Shown: positions 40,060 through 53,000, counted from the stretch's first letter. The stretch: 64,000 nt of DNA from Octopus bimaculoides (GCF_001194135.2 NC_068981.1:39664141-39728140), one strand, 5' to 3'. The notes: generated by a model not told the origin, from the letters alone. Numbers and translations are program-made.

Positions 40060-41132
40060 GTGTATTCGTCCAGTATTGCTTTACTAATTGCCTGGCACCA
40101 TGCCTAGTATATGCACTTATCTTGTACTTCTTATATTAACTCTATTATCTCTCCTTTACTTTCTCTCCGCCTCTGTAAAGCATGACAGGAGTATTGACCA
40201 ACCAACCAACTAAGAGTTATATCTTCTCTTATTAGAAATATTTTATGAATCAACAGTCCATCATTAGATTATTAATATGTAGTTAGTATGTGGTAACAAA
40301 ATCTAAATTACTGTTCATATCATAGACTAAGAGCACTTCCTCCTGCACTACACTTCTGAAAACGATGACCAGTGTTTTATAATTTTTGTGAACAATTACA
40401 AAACATTAAAGTCTTTCGTAGATGTTATAGTCAACGTTTACTGCATTATTTTTGGTTGTGCCTACTTAAACTGTTCTTTCAGCTGAAGAAATATTATTCT
40501 GAATGACGAAATTAAAATTCTATCGCTATTTCAGAAACTGGCAGTATCTTACTTTTCCTTTTAACACCCAATTTGATTTCTTCCATTAATTTCTCTCAAC
40601 ATTTAACGGTTTCCGTTTTTTCTCTTGTAAGTACAGATCTATCACCAAATATTCGATCATCAAGTTGACAGTTAGTAAAATATACGCTCTACTGGATTCT
40701 TCAGTTAGTTTCAAAAATAGCCTAATATTCTGGATATGAAGATACTTTGAAGCTGTTATGGAACTTCACTGTTGCTTTTCTTTGACTTCAATTACTCTAT
40801 TTTCCGATTCATCCACACCTTGCTGTCAGTGCACACTGATTCACAAGAACTAGTTCTTTCCATTTAAAATTGTTGTTTTTTTTTACCATTTTTGTAATCA
40901 TATGCCAGATTATTTTTTCCGACATTCAACAAAAATATGATTGTTACTAAAAGTATGTTCAAATGACCAACTTATAATTGCCTGCAGTTAATATAACTGC
41001 CAAACCCAAACCATTTACTACTTCAAGTCAAGTGTTAGCTTAAACATTTTACTTACTTTTTACATAAATGATTTCTTTATAGTTTCTTTTTTGTACCTTA
41101 ATTTGGGTTCAACTTAATCTCTCTTGATTTGA

Positions 41133-41189
<57 letters not shown>

Positions 41190-41494
41190 NNNNNNNNNNN
41201 NNNNNNNNNNNNNNNNNNNNNNNNNNNNNNNNNNNNNNNNNNNNNNNNNNNNNNNNNNNNNNNNNNNNNNNNNNNNNNNNNNNNNNNNNNNNNNNNNNNN
41301 NNNNNNNNNNNNNNNNNNNNNNNNNNNNNNNNNNNNNNNNNNNNNNNNNNNNNNNNNNNNNNNNNNNNNNNNNNNNNNNNNNNNNNNNNNNNNNNNNNNN
41401 NNNNNNNNNNNNNNNNNNNNNNNNNNNNNNNNNNNNNNNNNNNNNNNNNNNNNNNNNNNNNNNNNNNNNNNNNNNNNNNNNNNNNNNNNNNNNN
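41190..41494. other. Assembly gap (N-run) between (TG)n and (TA)n
   Basis: 305 N. Confidence 0.99.
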
Positions 41495-44096
41495 TATATA
41501 TATATATATATATATATATCAAGAAAACCGATTGATTAATGATCGGTGCACATAATTGCATTAACTTCTGTATCGGGCAATAATTTATCATACTGGTCGC
41601 GAAAAGTAGAAATTTGATTGAATTTGAACTAGAATATAGAACCAAGGAACCAAATACTGAATTAACTTTAATCAGACTATTTGTTCTGCTAATTAAACTC
41701 TGACTAATTAGCGAATTAACGAGGGAGCCTCAGCGTGGTCACTCGACGTACTGAAATGTCAAGAAAAATCTCCCTCGTACCCGGCCTACTATCATAAAAA
41801 TAATGAACATGTTGAATAATACGAAGCTATGCCTGGAGTGTTTTTCGTCGCTTGTATGCTAAATTAGATCGGTGGCACCATCGGAAAATTATTTCCACTG
41901 TAACTTCAAGTTGACCAATAGTTTGTGAGTGGAATTTATATATGTATGTGTTTATGAAAGTATATATGCGTGTATCTATGTGTATCTGCGTCTATATTTC
42001 CGTTTACATTGTGCTCATTTACGTTCCGAATTTTAGCAGTAACACAAATAACCAGCAGTGAAATATTACCAGACTAAAACAGGATGACATAACAAAATTT
42101 TAAAGCAATGTACGTTTAAGCATTTCAACTCCATCTGGTATGATTTGAGAAGTACTACTCTTATACTCATTTATTGTACGTGAATAACGGATGTGGTTGC
42201 AAAACGTAAGATGGGTTGGAACAACTGAAACAAAGTGCAAAGAAAACATTAATATAAAAGTCATTGATTCTCTGTAAATACTGCCTAATATAGTGGAATG
42301 TAACAGCAGTTGTCTTAATTCTTTAAGCAGGAAACTAATAAATTCTAAATACGATGCAGCAAATCACTCTAAACTGAAATGTTTATATTCGACACTGTTT
42401 TGGTGCAGACAAATTTAGGTTTTATCTTATTTCAATATTTATTTCTAATATATCATAGCAAGAAAGAAGTGTTTGTTTACTATAACTAATATGTGTTTAT
42501 AATTTATTGAAGTAATAACTAATTCACCTTCCCTTAAGGTACATTTTATGTGGGCTCTTTATTGTTTTATTGATTAATTAGAAAATCTAAGAAAGTTATT
42601 AATGCACACAAAGCTACTTGGAGGACAAATGAGCTCAGAAGTGTTTATGTAAATGGTGGGAAATTTTAAATACCTTTACTAATTCTAAAATATTTAGCGC
42701 TTAAGTCTAGTTTTAATTCACTATACCACAGAAAAAGGAGTGTGTGTAGTTATAATAATACGCATAAAAAACATAGCCGGTATAACAATGAACCATGAGT
42801 GAAATAAGAAGACAGACGTATCCATAAATGCATATTTCTGTTTATCATCCCGAAATAGTGTTTAATCTACTTAAATATGTCTACTTATAATACTTATATT
42901 CTAACTAGAAAAACATTTTGTCTCACAAACGTGAATCCTTGGTGTGGTGTTTTACAAGTCAACGCGGATGCCTCAATTCAGTCGCTTGACTTTCTAAGAA
43001 TGGTAAGCAAATCCCTATTATATTAAGCGCTACAGTCTTAAACAAGAATGGAATAATTCAGTTCTATGAACACTAGCCTAGAAAGAGACAGGACGGATGT
43101 AGTTGGAATACCATCAAACATAGATATTCTTGATAAGATCTAATCTAGAGCTAAGCAAAACAAATACAATATAGTTTCATTGCTGAAGTTTCCACGTATT
43201 TACTTCTACTTACTGATAGGTGAACTGTACGAACACGAGCTGACTGGTATCGCTGCTGATGGAGTATAACAACACATTGCTGGTAGCTGAAAAGTCCTAC
43301 AAACCAGATACTACTGAGGAAAGTATTATGCAATATTTGAAGCGAATACGAAATTATATGAAAAGATTTTTAATGTTATATTTCGGAGATAGAAGTTATA
43401 CCCTTTGTGTTCCCAGCCATCCTCTCCGAGACCAGTAGTATTGACAAAATATTAATGCTTGTCATGAATAATACCGAAATGCTGACGTTTTATTTCCCAG
43501 TAGTTAAGACAGTAAATAAACAATATGGTGAAGTTTCATAGGCAATTTCTTCGCCGACCTAAAAAGGGAACAAGAATTTCTGACTCTGCCAACAAAATGA
43601 CATTTTTTTCTTTTGTTCATTATCAGTGTGAGTTGTTTGACTGTGAGTTACGTCTCGTTAAATTCAAATCAATAACTAAATTAAGTCTGACGTTGACTAA
43701 CCAAGAAATTCACCCTAACAATCGCATACAAATAATGAATTATTAAATGATCAGAACAGATCTCAAATTGTAATCTTAGAACTTCTTGCAGACTATTTTC
43801 GTTACAACTGACAAATTTCAAGTGGTTTCTCATATTGCATGAAATTGTTTTGTGGATCTCTAGCTCCGCATATGGGCTAGGCACCATGATTTATAGAGTT
43901 AAATATAAACAAAAATGAAATTAGTGTAATACGGATACAACTCCCTAAAAAGAGAATGAGGCTGAGAAAGAGTTCATTTTGGTGGCGTAGATGATAGCAC
44001 AGAGCTGAAGGAAACAGTAAGGACAGTAAATATTTTAGTTTTCCTAAGCCGTCATTATATGAAATGGCAGTGTATAGGTATTTCATATCTGAAATA

Positions 44097-44640
44097 CGAG
44101 CTGGCACCGAAAGGTTCCTGGACTAGTTATGCTTAATAAAAGATGACTTATCTACCTAAGTTTTAACATCATCTCCTTCAAAATAGTCACCTTGCGCAGC
44201 ATTACACCGGTCCCAGCGTTCCTGCCACTTTTGGAATCCGGCCTGAAAGTCGTTTTCCGTAAGAGAGTCGAGGACCTTCTGCGATTCGTTCTTCACCTCG
44301 ACAACGGCGTTAAAACTGCCACCTTTGAGCTACATTTTCATCCTGAAGAAGAGAAATCTGGCGAATAGGGTGGGTACGGAAACGATACCATGTTGTTTTT
44401 GGCGAGATACTCACGAGTAAAGAGAGCTCGGTGACAGAGTACATTGTCGTTGTGAAGAATCCGGTCGCTTTCACCGAATGTTGTCCCTCAAACGCTTCAA
44501 AACGTCGTAGTAGAACTCCCGATTGACGGTCTGGCTCTGGGGGATGAATTCTCGATGCACAATATCGCGGATATCGAGAAAAACAATGAGCATGCTCTTG
44601 ATTGAGCTGTGGCTCTGTCGTGCCTTTTGAAGCTCTCAAC
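44097..44640 (-). mobile_element. Mariner transposon 3' half, truncated by a SINE
   Basis: TA-cgag TIR-like end at 44095; minus strand gives ILHNDNVLCHRALFTREYLAKNNMVSFPYPPYSPDF (cf. LHHDNA..H...PYSPDL) and an upstream SMLIVFLDIRDIVH..FIPQSQTVNREFY-like segment. Confidence 0.9.
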
Positions 44641-44644
44641 TCAT

Positions 44645-44884
44645 GGTATTCCGTCGGTTACGACGACATAGGTTCCAGTTGATCTGTTCAATGGAACATC
44701 CTACTCGTGAAATTAACCTGCATATGCCTGAGCATTCCACAGGCACGCATACCCTTAACACAGTTTTCAAGGAGATTCAGCGTGACAGAGAATGTGACTA
44801 AATCAACCCTTTGAATTAGAGGTACAACTAATTTTTACCAGATGAATGGACTGGAGCAACGTGAAATAAAGTGTCTTGCTCAAG
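44645..44884 (-). mobile_element. tRNA-derived SINE, family C
   Basis: Reverse complement of 60068-60365 (tail ccagttgatc...gtcgtaaccgacggagtgcca). Confidence 0.85.
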
Positions 44885-45265
44885 TATGTATTATATGTAT
44901 CAAGGGATAATATTTATCTTCACTTAAACGTAGATGTTCTATTAAAACAAACTATACCGCGGAAGTTACTTTGAAAGAAACTTTCATTGTTTTTTAGTGC
45001 AAAATGCTCTCTTGTTTATACTGCAGAGAGAAATAAATCCCTGCTATATCTAGCAGTCAAGTGTCCTCCGAGGTCTAAATCACCTTACCTGGTGGTGTCG
45101 GTGCTGGAGGTAGCAGGAATTTATCACCCCGCTAGCGATATAAACAAGAGTGCATATTGCACCAACATATGAGAGCTTCTCTCATAGTAACTACCGCAGT
45201 TCTTATGCAACGTTCACGTTTAAGTGGAGATGTCACCTATCGGTATTAACACGGACTATGTCACC

Positions 45266-45303
<38 letters not shown>

Positions 45304-45424
45304 AACGTTAAAGACTTTTTCACTTCTCGAGCGTTATACTAATACATCTGTTTGTTGTCTACACCACCTGTCTTCGTTTTTATTTTTTGGTGAATTCTCC
45401 CTCTATATATATATAATTGCATAT

Positions 45425-45579
45425 ATATGTACTGACAGAGACTGTAATCGCCCGAAAATCCAAAACACTGGTCAAGAATTCCCTATATTGATCGGTCAAT
45501 TTCGTCTAATTCCGTAGCCTCATCAGTAGAGACCGCTTGATTCGGTTCATTCCGGGCTTAAATCTCTGCCAGTACATAT
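45425..45579 (-). mobile_element. Rod-like hammerhead-containing element (retrozyme-like)
   Basis: 17-bp terminal inverted repeats atatgtactgacagaga (45425-45441) / tctctgccagtacatat (45563-45579), nested internal IRs, hammerhead at the tip, and an 11-bp direct repeat atatgtactga at 45425 and 45576. Confidence 0.75.
45481..45531 (-). ncRNA. Type I hammerhead ribozyme, complete core
   Basis: Minus RNA: stem I CUCUA/UAGGG; CUGAUGA (45526-45520); stem II GGCUA-cggaau-UAGAC (one G·A mismatch); GAAA (45503-45500); stem III UUGA-ccga-UCAA; U16.1 and A17. AUA cleavage triplet; cut between 45486 and 45485. Confidence 0.9.
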
Positions 45580-45600
45580 GTACTGAGAGAGTGAGAGAGA

Positions 45601-45650
<50 letters not shown>

Positions 45651-46067
45651 GAGTGAGTGAAGATGTATGTTTTCATGTTTGTGTAAGTGGCACTCATTCG
45701 GTCTCAGTCTCACACATGCACATCTTTCATATACACATACATAAATACATATGCATATTTACTTTTTGTATATATGTGTGCATGTGCGTTGTGCACGTGA
45801 AACAGTGTGAGTGACTGTATTTCGTCATAACATATAGAGAAATGAACGCCTTTTCAGGTACACACTCCTATAGAAAATGTGACGTCGTCGTTGTCGTGGT
45901 ATAGAATATATACGAGAGCTGACTTACAGAAAAGCTTATAATATAAAACTTTTGTAATGCAAATACGTAAAGAAAAAGTTTATTTGGTAGGCGTAAGAAT
46001 ACTGAAGCTTTTGATACCCCATATGTCAATATAGGCAACTCAGTTTTCGCATGCATAAAGACGATAT

Positions 46068-46124
<57 letters not shown>

Positions 46125-46242
46125 CATACATACACACACACACATACACATACAAATTCTCTTATATAAATGGAAGACCTCCTTGTCTATCGATCTCTCT
46201 GTCTGTCTCTCACATTCCCTGCATATCTATCTCCTTCTGTCC

Positions 46243-46564
46243 NNNNNNNNNNNNNNNNNNNNNNNNNNNNNNNNNNNNNNNNNNNNNNNNNNNNNNNNNN
46301 NNNNNNNNNNNNNNNNNNNNNNNNNNNNNNNNNNNNNNNNNNNNNNNNNNNNNNNNNNNNNNNNNNNNNNNNNNNNNNNNNNNNNNNNNNNNNNNNNNNN
46401 NNNNNNNNNNNNNNNNNNNNNNNNNNNNNNNNNNNNNNNNNNNNNNNNNNNNNNNNNNNNNNNNNNNNNNNNNNNNNNNNNNNNNNNNNNNNNNNNNNNN
46501 NNNNNNNNNNNNNNNNNNNNNNNNNNNNNNNNNNNNNNNNNNNNNNNNNNNNNNNNNNNNNNNN
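46243..46564. other. Assembly gap (N-run)
   Basis: N-run. Confidence 0.99.
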
Positions 46565-46570
46565 TATATA

Positions 46571-47120
46571 TCAGGCTGAGTAAAAAGTAAGCAACGTTTT
46601 GAAACATGAAATTCATCACAATATATTTCAACAATACGGAAATTTTATTTATCGAAGTAAGTACCATTGCAATCAAGACATTTTTGCCACCGAGTTACAA
46701 ATTTGTTTATTCCGGTAACATAAAATCTTGGAGTTCTGGAGCTGATGAAGTCTTTGAACGCACTCTCACAATCGGATTGATTTTTTGAACTCCTTCTCTC
46801 GCAGGAAATCATCAAGTTGTTTGAAAAAGTGGTAGTCGGTAGGAAAAAAGTCTGGGGTAATAAGCTGGGTGAGGAAAAACTTTATAGCCAAGTTCTCTCA
46901 ACTCTTTGGGTGTCATTAGTGAAACGTGTGATCGAACATTGTTATGAAAATGATTGGCCCTCTTCTGTTGATCAGTCTGGGACGAAGAAGTAGCAGTTTT
47001 TCGTTCATTTCATGGCAATATGTTTCTGCAGCAATGATTTTTCCGGGTTTTAAGAAGTTATTGTGGATGAGTCCAACAGTACACCACCAAACAGCCTTGC
47101 TTTATCCCATTTGTGACTGT
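46571..47120 (-). mobile_element. Mariner (Hsmar1/cecropia-like) transposon 3' half
   Basis: TIR-like TA-tcaggctgagtaaaaagtaagcaacgtttt. Minus strand gives VWW..VGLIHNNFLKPGK.IAAETYC, RPRLINRRGP, HNNVRSHV, ELRELGYKVFPHP and FKQLDDFLREK, matching the Hsmar1-type catalytic domain. Confidence 0.9.
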
Positions 47121-47590
47121 GAATAAATTGAACACATCAACGCTAAATCTGACAGAAGCTATCCAATGTCATGCACTGTTTATCCGGTTTTAGCACTGCC
47201 CTCGGGAATTCCGGGTTGATGTCCGGTGTGCTAGACGATCATTAGGAATGAGGCACCCTTCAGCTTTTGTGGAAGCATGCCTGTAGAAGGTCTGTTTAAG
47301 ACACATAAATTATATTTACATACATACAGACAGACATATACTGAGAGATTAGATCAAACAAACATGCAGTCGTAGCATTAGTTCTCTCCTGTTATCAAAC
47401 TATATATTTTCAACCTTAGTCAACACGGAGTTTCTTCTTCAGAATTTGACTTGACATGTTTCAGAATATAACCAAGAAATTATAATGCGGGTGAAGAATG
47501 TGTGCATATTGTGCTGCTGTGTGCATATAGATAGATATATAGAGATATAACCATATATATAAAACAAGTATGTACATATATCTATGTAAA

Positions 47591-47628
<38 letters not shown>

Positions 47629-47832
47629 NNNNNNNNNNNNNNNNNNNNNNNNNNNNNNNNNNNNNNNNNNNNNNNNNNNNNNNNNNNNNNNNNNNNNNNN
47701 NNNNNNNNNNNNNNNNNNNNNNNNNNNNNNNNNNNNNNNNNNNNNNNNNNNNNNNNNNNNNNNNNNNNNNNNNNNNNNNNNNNNNNNNNNNNNNNNNNNN
47801 NNNNNNNNNNNNNNNNNNNNNNNNNNNNNNNN
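47629..47832. other. Assembly gap (N-run)
   Basis: N-run. Confidence 0.99.
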
Positions 47833-48813
47833 TAAGGGCTTTAAGAAGCCTAACTGTGAATTAACAGATTAAAGTTACCACATACACATGTAAATACTTC
47901 ACACACAGATATTTGTGCGTGTGTGGTATGTTCGGGCGCACATACGCCTCCGGCATTATCGTAATGAATTAATAAATTACACAATGCATTATAGTCAATC
48001 TTTTTAATTCTACATGAAATAATGTTAAAAAATTGCCAAGATCCAAGACCGAATCCATCATTAATTTTTCAATAACAAACAAAGGATAATAATGAGATTT
48101 CTCTCCATTAGACAATGAACTTAATGATCTCATCTTTTAAGAGACAGCAGTTAGGTTTGAAAGACTTAACATTTACCTCGGCATCATGCATAACCAGCAT
48201 CAGTAATGAAGAACTGAACTGTTATGTCACATACAATGTCACATGCTTCAAACTTCTTTGATATTTAAAAGTACACAGATATGAAAAACTGTGCGACTCC
48301 TTGAAAACTATGCAACAAAAGCATTTCCTTGCAAGAATAAACGGGTAGCGGAAACTTAAGGCAAAGGTTTATTACTCTGTATCCTACATTTTCAGCGCAG
48401 AATTCTATGGAGCAACGACTTAGTTTCATAAAAAAAACTATGCTTACGTTGTGATTCCAATCCAGAATGTGAAAATATGAACAATAAGCGTGATAATTAT
48501 ATCATTCTTTTGCCCATTATTAATGTTTGGGGAAAGGGAACGGAATCTTTAGGTGGTCATCACACTTGTGAAGGAACTTCTCTCGCTACGTAAGAGGAAA
48601 TTTAAAGCCAGTGCTTTCTGAGAGGAAAAAATCTGATACCGTGGTTGATAAGAAAGTCAGCAACACTAGACTTAGGAGGATTCATTGGGGTCCTCCTGAG
48701 GCCTTCTAAAAAGAGTAACATTTGCAGTTCTGCATGTTTTGAGTTAAAATACTACAGAATTTTATACTGAGTAATGGGGGCACCTCTCTCTCTCTCCATC
48801 TCTCTCTCTCTCC

Positions 48814-48845
<32 letters not shown>

Positions 48846-49683
48846 NNNNNNNNNNNNNNNNNNNNNNNNNNNNNNNNNNNNNNNNNNNNNNNNNNNNNNN
48901 NNNNNNNNNNNNNNNNNNNNNNNNNNNNNNNNNNNNNNNNNNNNNNNNNNNNNNNNNNNNNNNNNNNNNNNNNNNNNNNNNNNNNNNNNNNNNNNNNNNN
49001 NNNNNNNNNNNNNNNNNNNNNNNNNNNNNNNNNNNNNNNNNNNNNNNNNNNNNNNNNNNNNNNNNNNNNNNNNNNNNNNNNNNNNNNNNNNNNNNNNNNN
49101 NNNNNNNNNNNNNNNNNNNNNNNNNNNNNNNNNNNNNNNNNNNNNNNNNNNNNNNNNNNNNNNNNNNNNNNNNNNNNNNNNNNNNNNNNNNNNNNNNNNN
49201 NNNNNNNNNNNNNNNNNNNNNNNNNNNNNNNNNNNNNNNNNNNNNNNNNNNNNNNNNNNNNNNNNNNNNNNNNNNNNNNNNNNNNNNNNNNNNNNNNNNN
49301 NNNNNNNNNNNNNNNNNNNNNNNNNNNNNNNNNNNNNNNNNNNNNNNNNNNNNNNNNNNNNNNNNNNNNNNNNNNNNNNNNNNNNNNNNNNNNNNNNNNN
49401 NNNNNNNNNNNNNNNNNNNNNNNNNNNNNNNNNNNNNNNNNNNNNNNNNNNNNNNNNNNNNNNNNNNNNNNNNNNNNNNNNNNNNNNNNNNNNNNNNNNN
49501 NNNNNNNNNNNNNNNNNNNNNNNNNNNNNNNNNNNNNNNNNNNNNNNNNNNNNNNNNNNNNNNNNNNNNNNNNNNNNNNNNNNNNNNNNNNNNNNNNNNN
49601 NNNNNNNNNNNNNNNNNNNNNNNNNNNNNNNNNNNNNNNNNNNNNNNNNNNNNNNNNNNNNNNNNNNNNNNNNNNNNNNNNNN
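48846..49683. other. Assembly gap (N-run) after (CT)n
   Basis: N-run; source of the spurious 352/369-aa ORFs. Confidence 0.99.
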
Positions 49684-50198
49684 TATATAATATTTGTGTG
49701 TGTGCCTGTGTGTTTATTGTGATTATGTACGAAAACATGAAAATGCTTCTAGCAGACGGTGATTTGACAGGACCTTTGATGCGTAGTACAAAATGCATTG
49801 TGGTGTTCATTTCGGCTCTATGCGTTCTGACTGTTTTCTTGTTTTTTGTTTTTCTGGTAGCCTTAATCTATCGCCGATTTTAACACCATGTGGTTCATGG
49901 TTGCCGCTAGCATAATTCACTCTGTTACAAAGAGTGAATTCACATCAGTTGTCTGGGGTAACCAGTAGTCTCGAATACCCTCAAATCTAATGGGTTATAA
50001 GTACTTCCCTACCATGCTATTGAGATTATTCATATGGTTCAGGTTATTTTTTGATACAGTATATTTCTCTTTCCCAGTATCTAAAATCCTCTGTTACTGT
50101 TATGATATTGTTATAGCTGTGCTCTTGTTTCTCCTGTTGTTGATATATTCATTTTCTACGAGATATTTGATCCTGAATACTTGCGTGGCTGTTTTCTT

Positions 50199-50231
<33 letters not shown>

Positions 50232-50616
50232 TTTCTTTTGTTTCAAATATTTTGCTTCACAACTTCGTGGTTTTGGATTCAGCTCCACAATTTGGCCTTT
50301 TTCCGAAAAGTGTCTTCGTGTCGGTCAAAGATTTTTGAGTGAAATTTGGTTGATACGAATTATGTGGAACTAGATGCTAGACTTTAATATATATTTCGGT
50401 TTAACACTATACCCAAGCCCTTAAGAATGTTTATCGGCGTACACTTTGTTGTAAATTAGAACAAGCACATAAAACAGTGAGGGTCAAAATAAAGACGTTT
50501 ACATTTCTTCTTAACATGCAGACTAAAATATTAAATGATTCGGTGAAACATTGGGGGGGGGGGTACTTTTTACGTAAAAAGCATATTGATCCGAGCACCA
50601 AGTAACGTTAGAAGTT

Positions 50617-50661
50617 TTCCCGACCTAGTGTTTCGGAATACGTTCGCCTCTTCAGTTGGAA
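50617..50661 (-). ncRNA. Decayed hammerhead ribozyme core
   Basis: Minus RNA UUCCAA-CUGAAGA-GGCGAAcguaUUCC-GAAA-CACUAG-GUC-GGGAA: core nucleotides and a GUC triplet in correct order; stems I-III imperfect. Confidence 0.4.
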
Positions 50662-52812
50662 GAACTGCTTTGCTCATTTGAAGCTAAACCAGAATGTAGG
50701 GCTCTACTCGGTGTGTTTTACACACAAAGTTCATAGCGAGAAGTTTTTCTCACAGACAAAATCTTGCAGCGAATACCTTTCACGTTATTGTGTGTAGGAG
50801 TATGTTAAAGCAAATCTAAATTTGTTTAAGTATTTGTACAGCTTCTCTGACTCAATATCGTTTCCTTCGTTTCTCACAACGGTCTCAAAGGTGTTCAATA
50901 CGGTCATTGGTTAGTAAATCCCTATCTGAACAAGTTGTATTATTAAATAATCGTTTTTGTTTTCTTTTTTTTGGGGGGGGGGGATGAATTATGTTTATAG
51001 CCCTTTAAATGTGACTGTAGAGCAGTACATATTTTCGTAGCCAAATAAGCTTAAGAGAGTTAAATGACATCAAGCGAGACGAATTTCTACGTCTGTAACA
51101 AAATGCAAATTTATAATTCATATGTCATTTTCCTAATAGAAACACAAGCAATAATGCTAAGGAACTGAGGCATGTAGAGCTTAGTGTCCTTCCTGAAAAC
51201 ACAACAAAATGTTCGCAACCCAAATTAACTCATGACTCATGAGTTAGAGAGCCGATCAATTATCTACTCTTTCACTTCACCTTTATATGAATACAAATGC
51301 TGGCACTTATTCCACTCGACCATAGCACCTCTTGTATTGTTCATACTTTTCTCACTTCCAAAATACACCTAAAGGATATTAAATTTAGTGGTAGTGGAAT
51401 ATACAGTGAAAAGAATATCGGATTTCTTTTGTATATGAAGTAATTTCATTCTCTGTATAATTTTATCCCTATGTTATATTATAAACCGTGCTACAATAGA
51501 TAAAATGTATCAATACAAGTTAATCTGTATTCCATCTAGAAATTATGAATTCAAGCTATTAAATAAATGTACTTTTAATTCTTCTTGATATACATAGCAG
51601 TTCCAATGAAATATAGAGTCTCTTGAAAATAGACAAACATATTCCTCTTCCACTACCATGTCGACTTAATAATCATTTTTATAATGAGCTGAATGGAACA
51701 CGACGCCTCATATCTACATATGCATATGTGTACACACGCACGTTTCTGTGTATACATAAACACATACATATATCGTCGTCATTAGTAGTAGTATTATTAT
51801 GAACATTAACTTATAGTCGAGTAGGAAGAGAAATGAATTAGCATGAGAAGAGACACTGTTCCAAAAGTATGAAATTATCAGTAACCATTCAGCAATCTAT
51901 TGGATGTTTTCAGTCAGCCGAGATTAATATTATATGAAATACGATTCATAATAATATGTAATGAAGTTTTATTGAATTGCTGAATAAAGGATAAATCATA
52001 TGACAACATTTAAGAGCAGAAGATACACGAGGAGGTATCAATTTAAACCCTATATCGGCTGGATTATAATTATGTTAAATAGACTTCTAGTGAACTATAA
52101 TTATCCCTTGCATCAAAACTAAACCAGAAATATTACTCAGTGCTGTGGGAATAAATTCAGAAATTTAGGGTGCCGAGTATCCTTTATGAATAAGAAAGAA
52201 TTTCTTTCCTCTTGAAGAGAACCTTTAACTAGTAAGTTTCTGAATATCTCCTTACCGTTCATTCATCATTACTAAATATAATGACTAAAGAATTAATATT
52301 AGTACATCCTCTTTCGCTGTAGAGTGTTACAAGAAACGATAAAACTCCTTAGAAAATTGACACAAATCCTTCATTTCCAGAGAATGCATAGCAAGAAGCG
52401 ATACAATATATATATATATATATGGAATAACTGTATAAATAAATAAACGTTGAATGTTACACCGTGTTAAAGTTTATGTGACCAGATTTCTTATCTCCCA
52501 GTTTACAATTAGTGCCTCTTCTCGCTAAATAACTAATTGCAAGAGACACAATTTTGTCCATCGCATTCCAACTTCAGTACTCATGTTATGTGGAGATTTG
52601 TGAACGATGACTTTACTTTCCCGTAGCCCCATCAGCACATTCTAGAGCAATGTCCAGCAAATTGAGCTCTTCTTCCTTTATTAGTGTCTTGCTTAGGGAG
52701 CATGTCGTATAATTTGTCTAAATAGGGTGTTTTTTCTAGAACATATACAAAATGGCATGAAACATGTGTATGCAAATAACATCCAGCATAGTGTCAAGTA
52801 TTTTAATTGGTA

Positions 52813-53000
52813 CGAGGGGATGTTAAAAATTCCTGGCTATGGGTAAAAGAAAATACAGAAAGATCAATTAATTATACTATTAATCCAAAGTTAATGCAGT
52901 ACGATCGTTTTATGCGACTCCATTTATTTAAGCAATGTGAACATTACATCAAATGTAAAATGCAGAGCAATCCTCAGCTGCACAAAGATATAGAAATTTA
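52813..53000 (+). mobile_element. Mariner-type terminal fragment
   Basis: TA-cgaggggatgttaaaaattcctggct resembles the TA-cgaggg TIR starts of the other mariners here; no second TIR found. Confidence 0.4.

Noticed and set aside
41109-49883. Long ORFs of 100-369 aa containing X runs
   Set aside because: Artefacts of N-gaps and flanking dinucleotide repeats.
50200-50400. Tc1 N-terminal remnant (GQIV motif) on the minus strand
   Set aside because: Only a 4-residue match, with no TIR or catalytic region.
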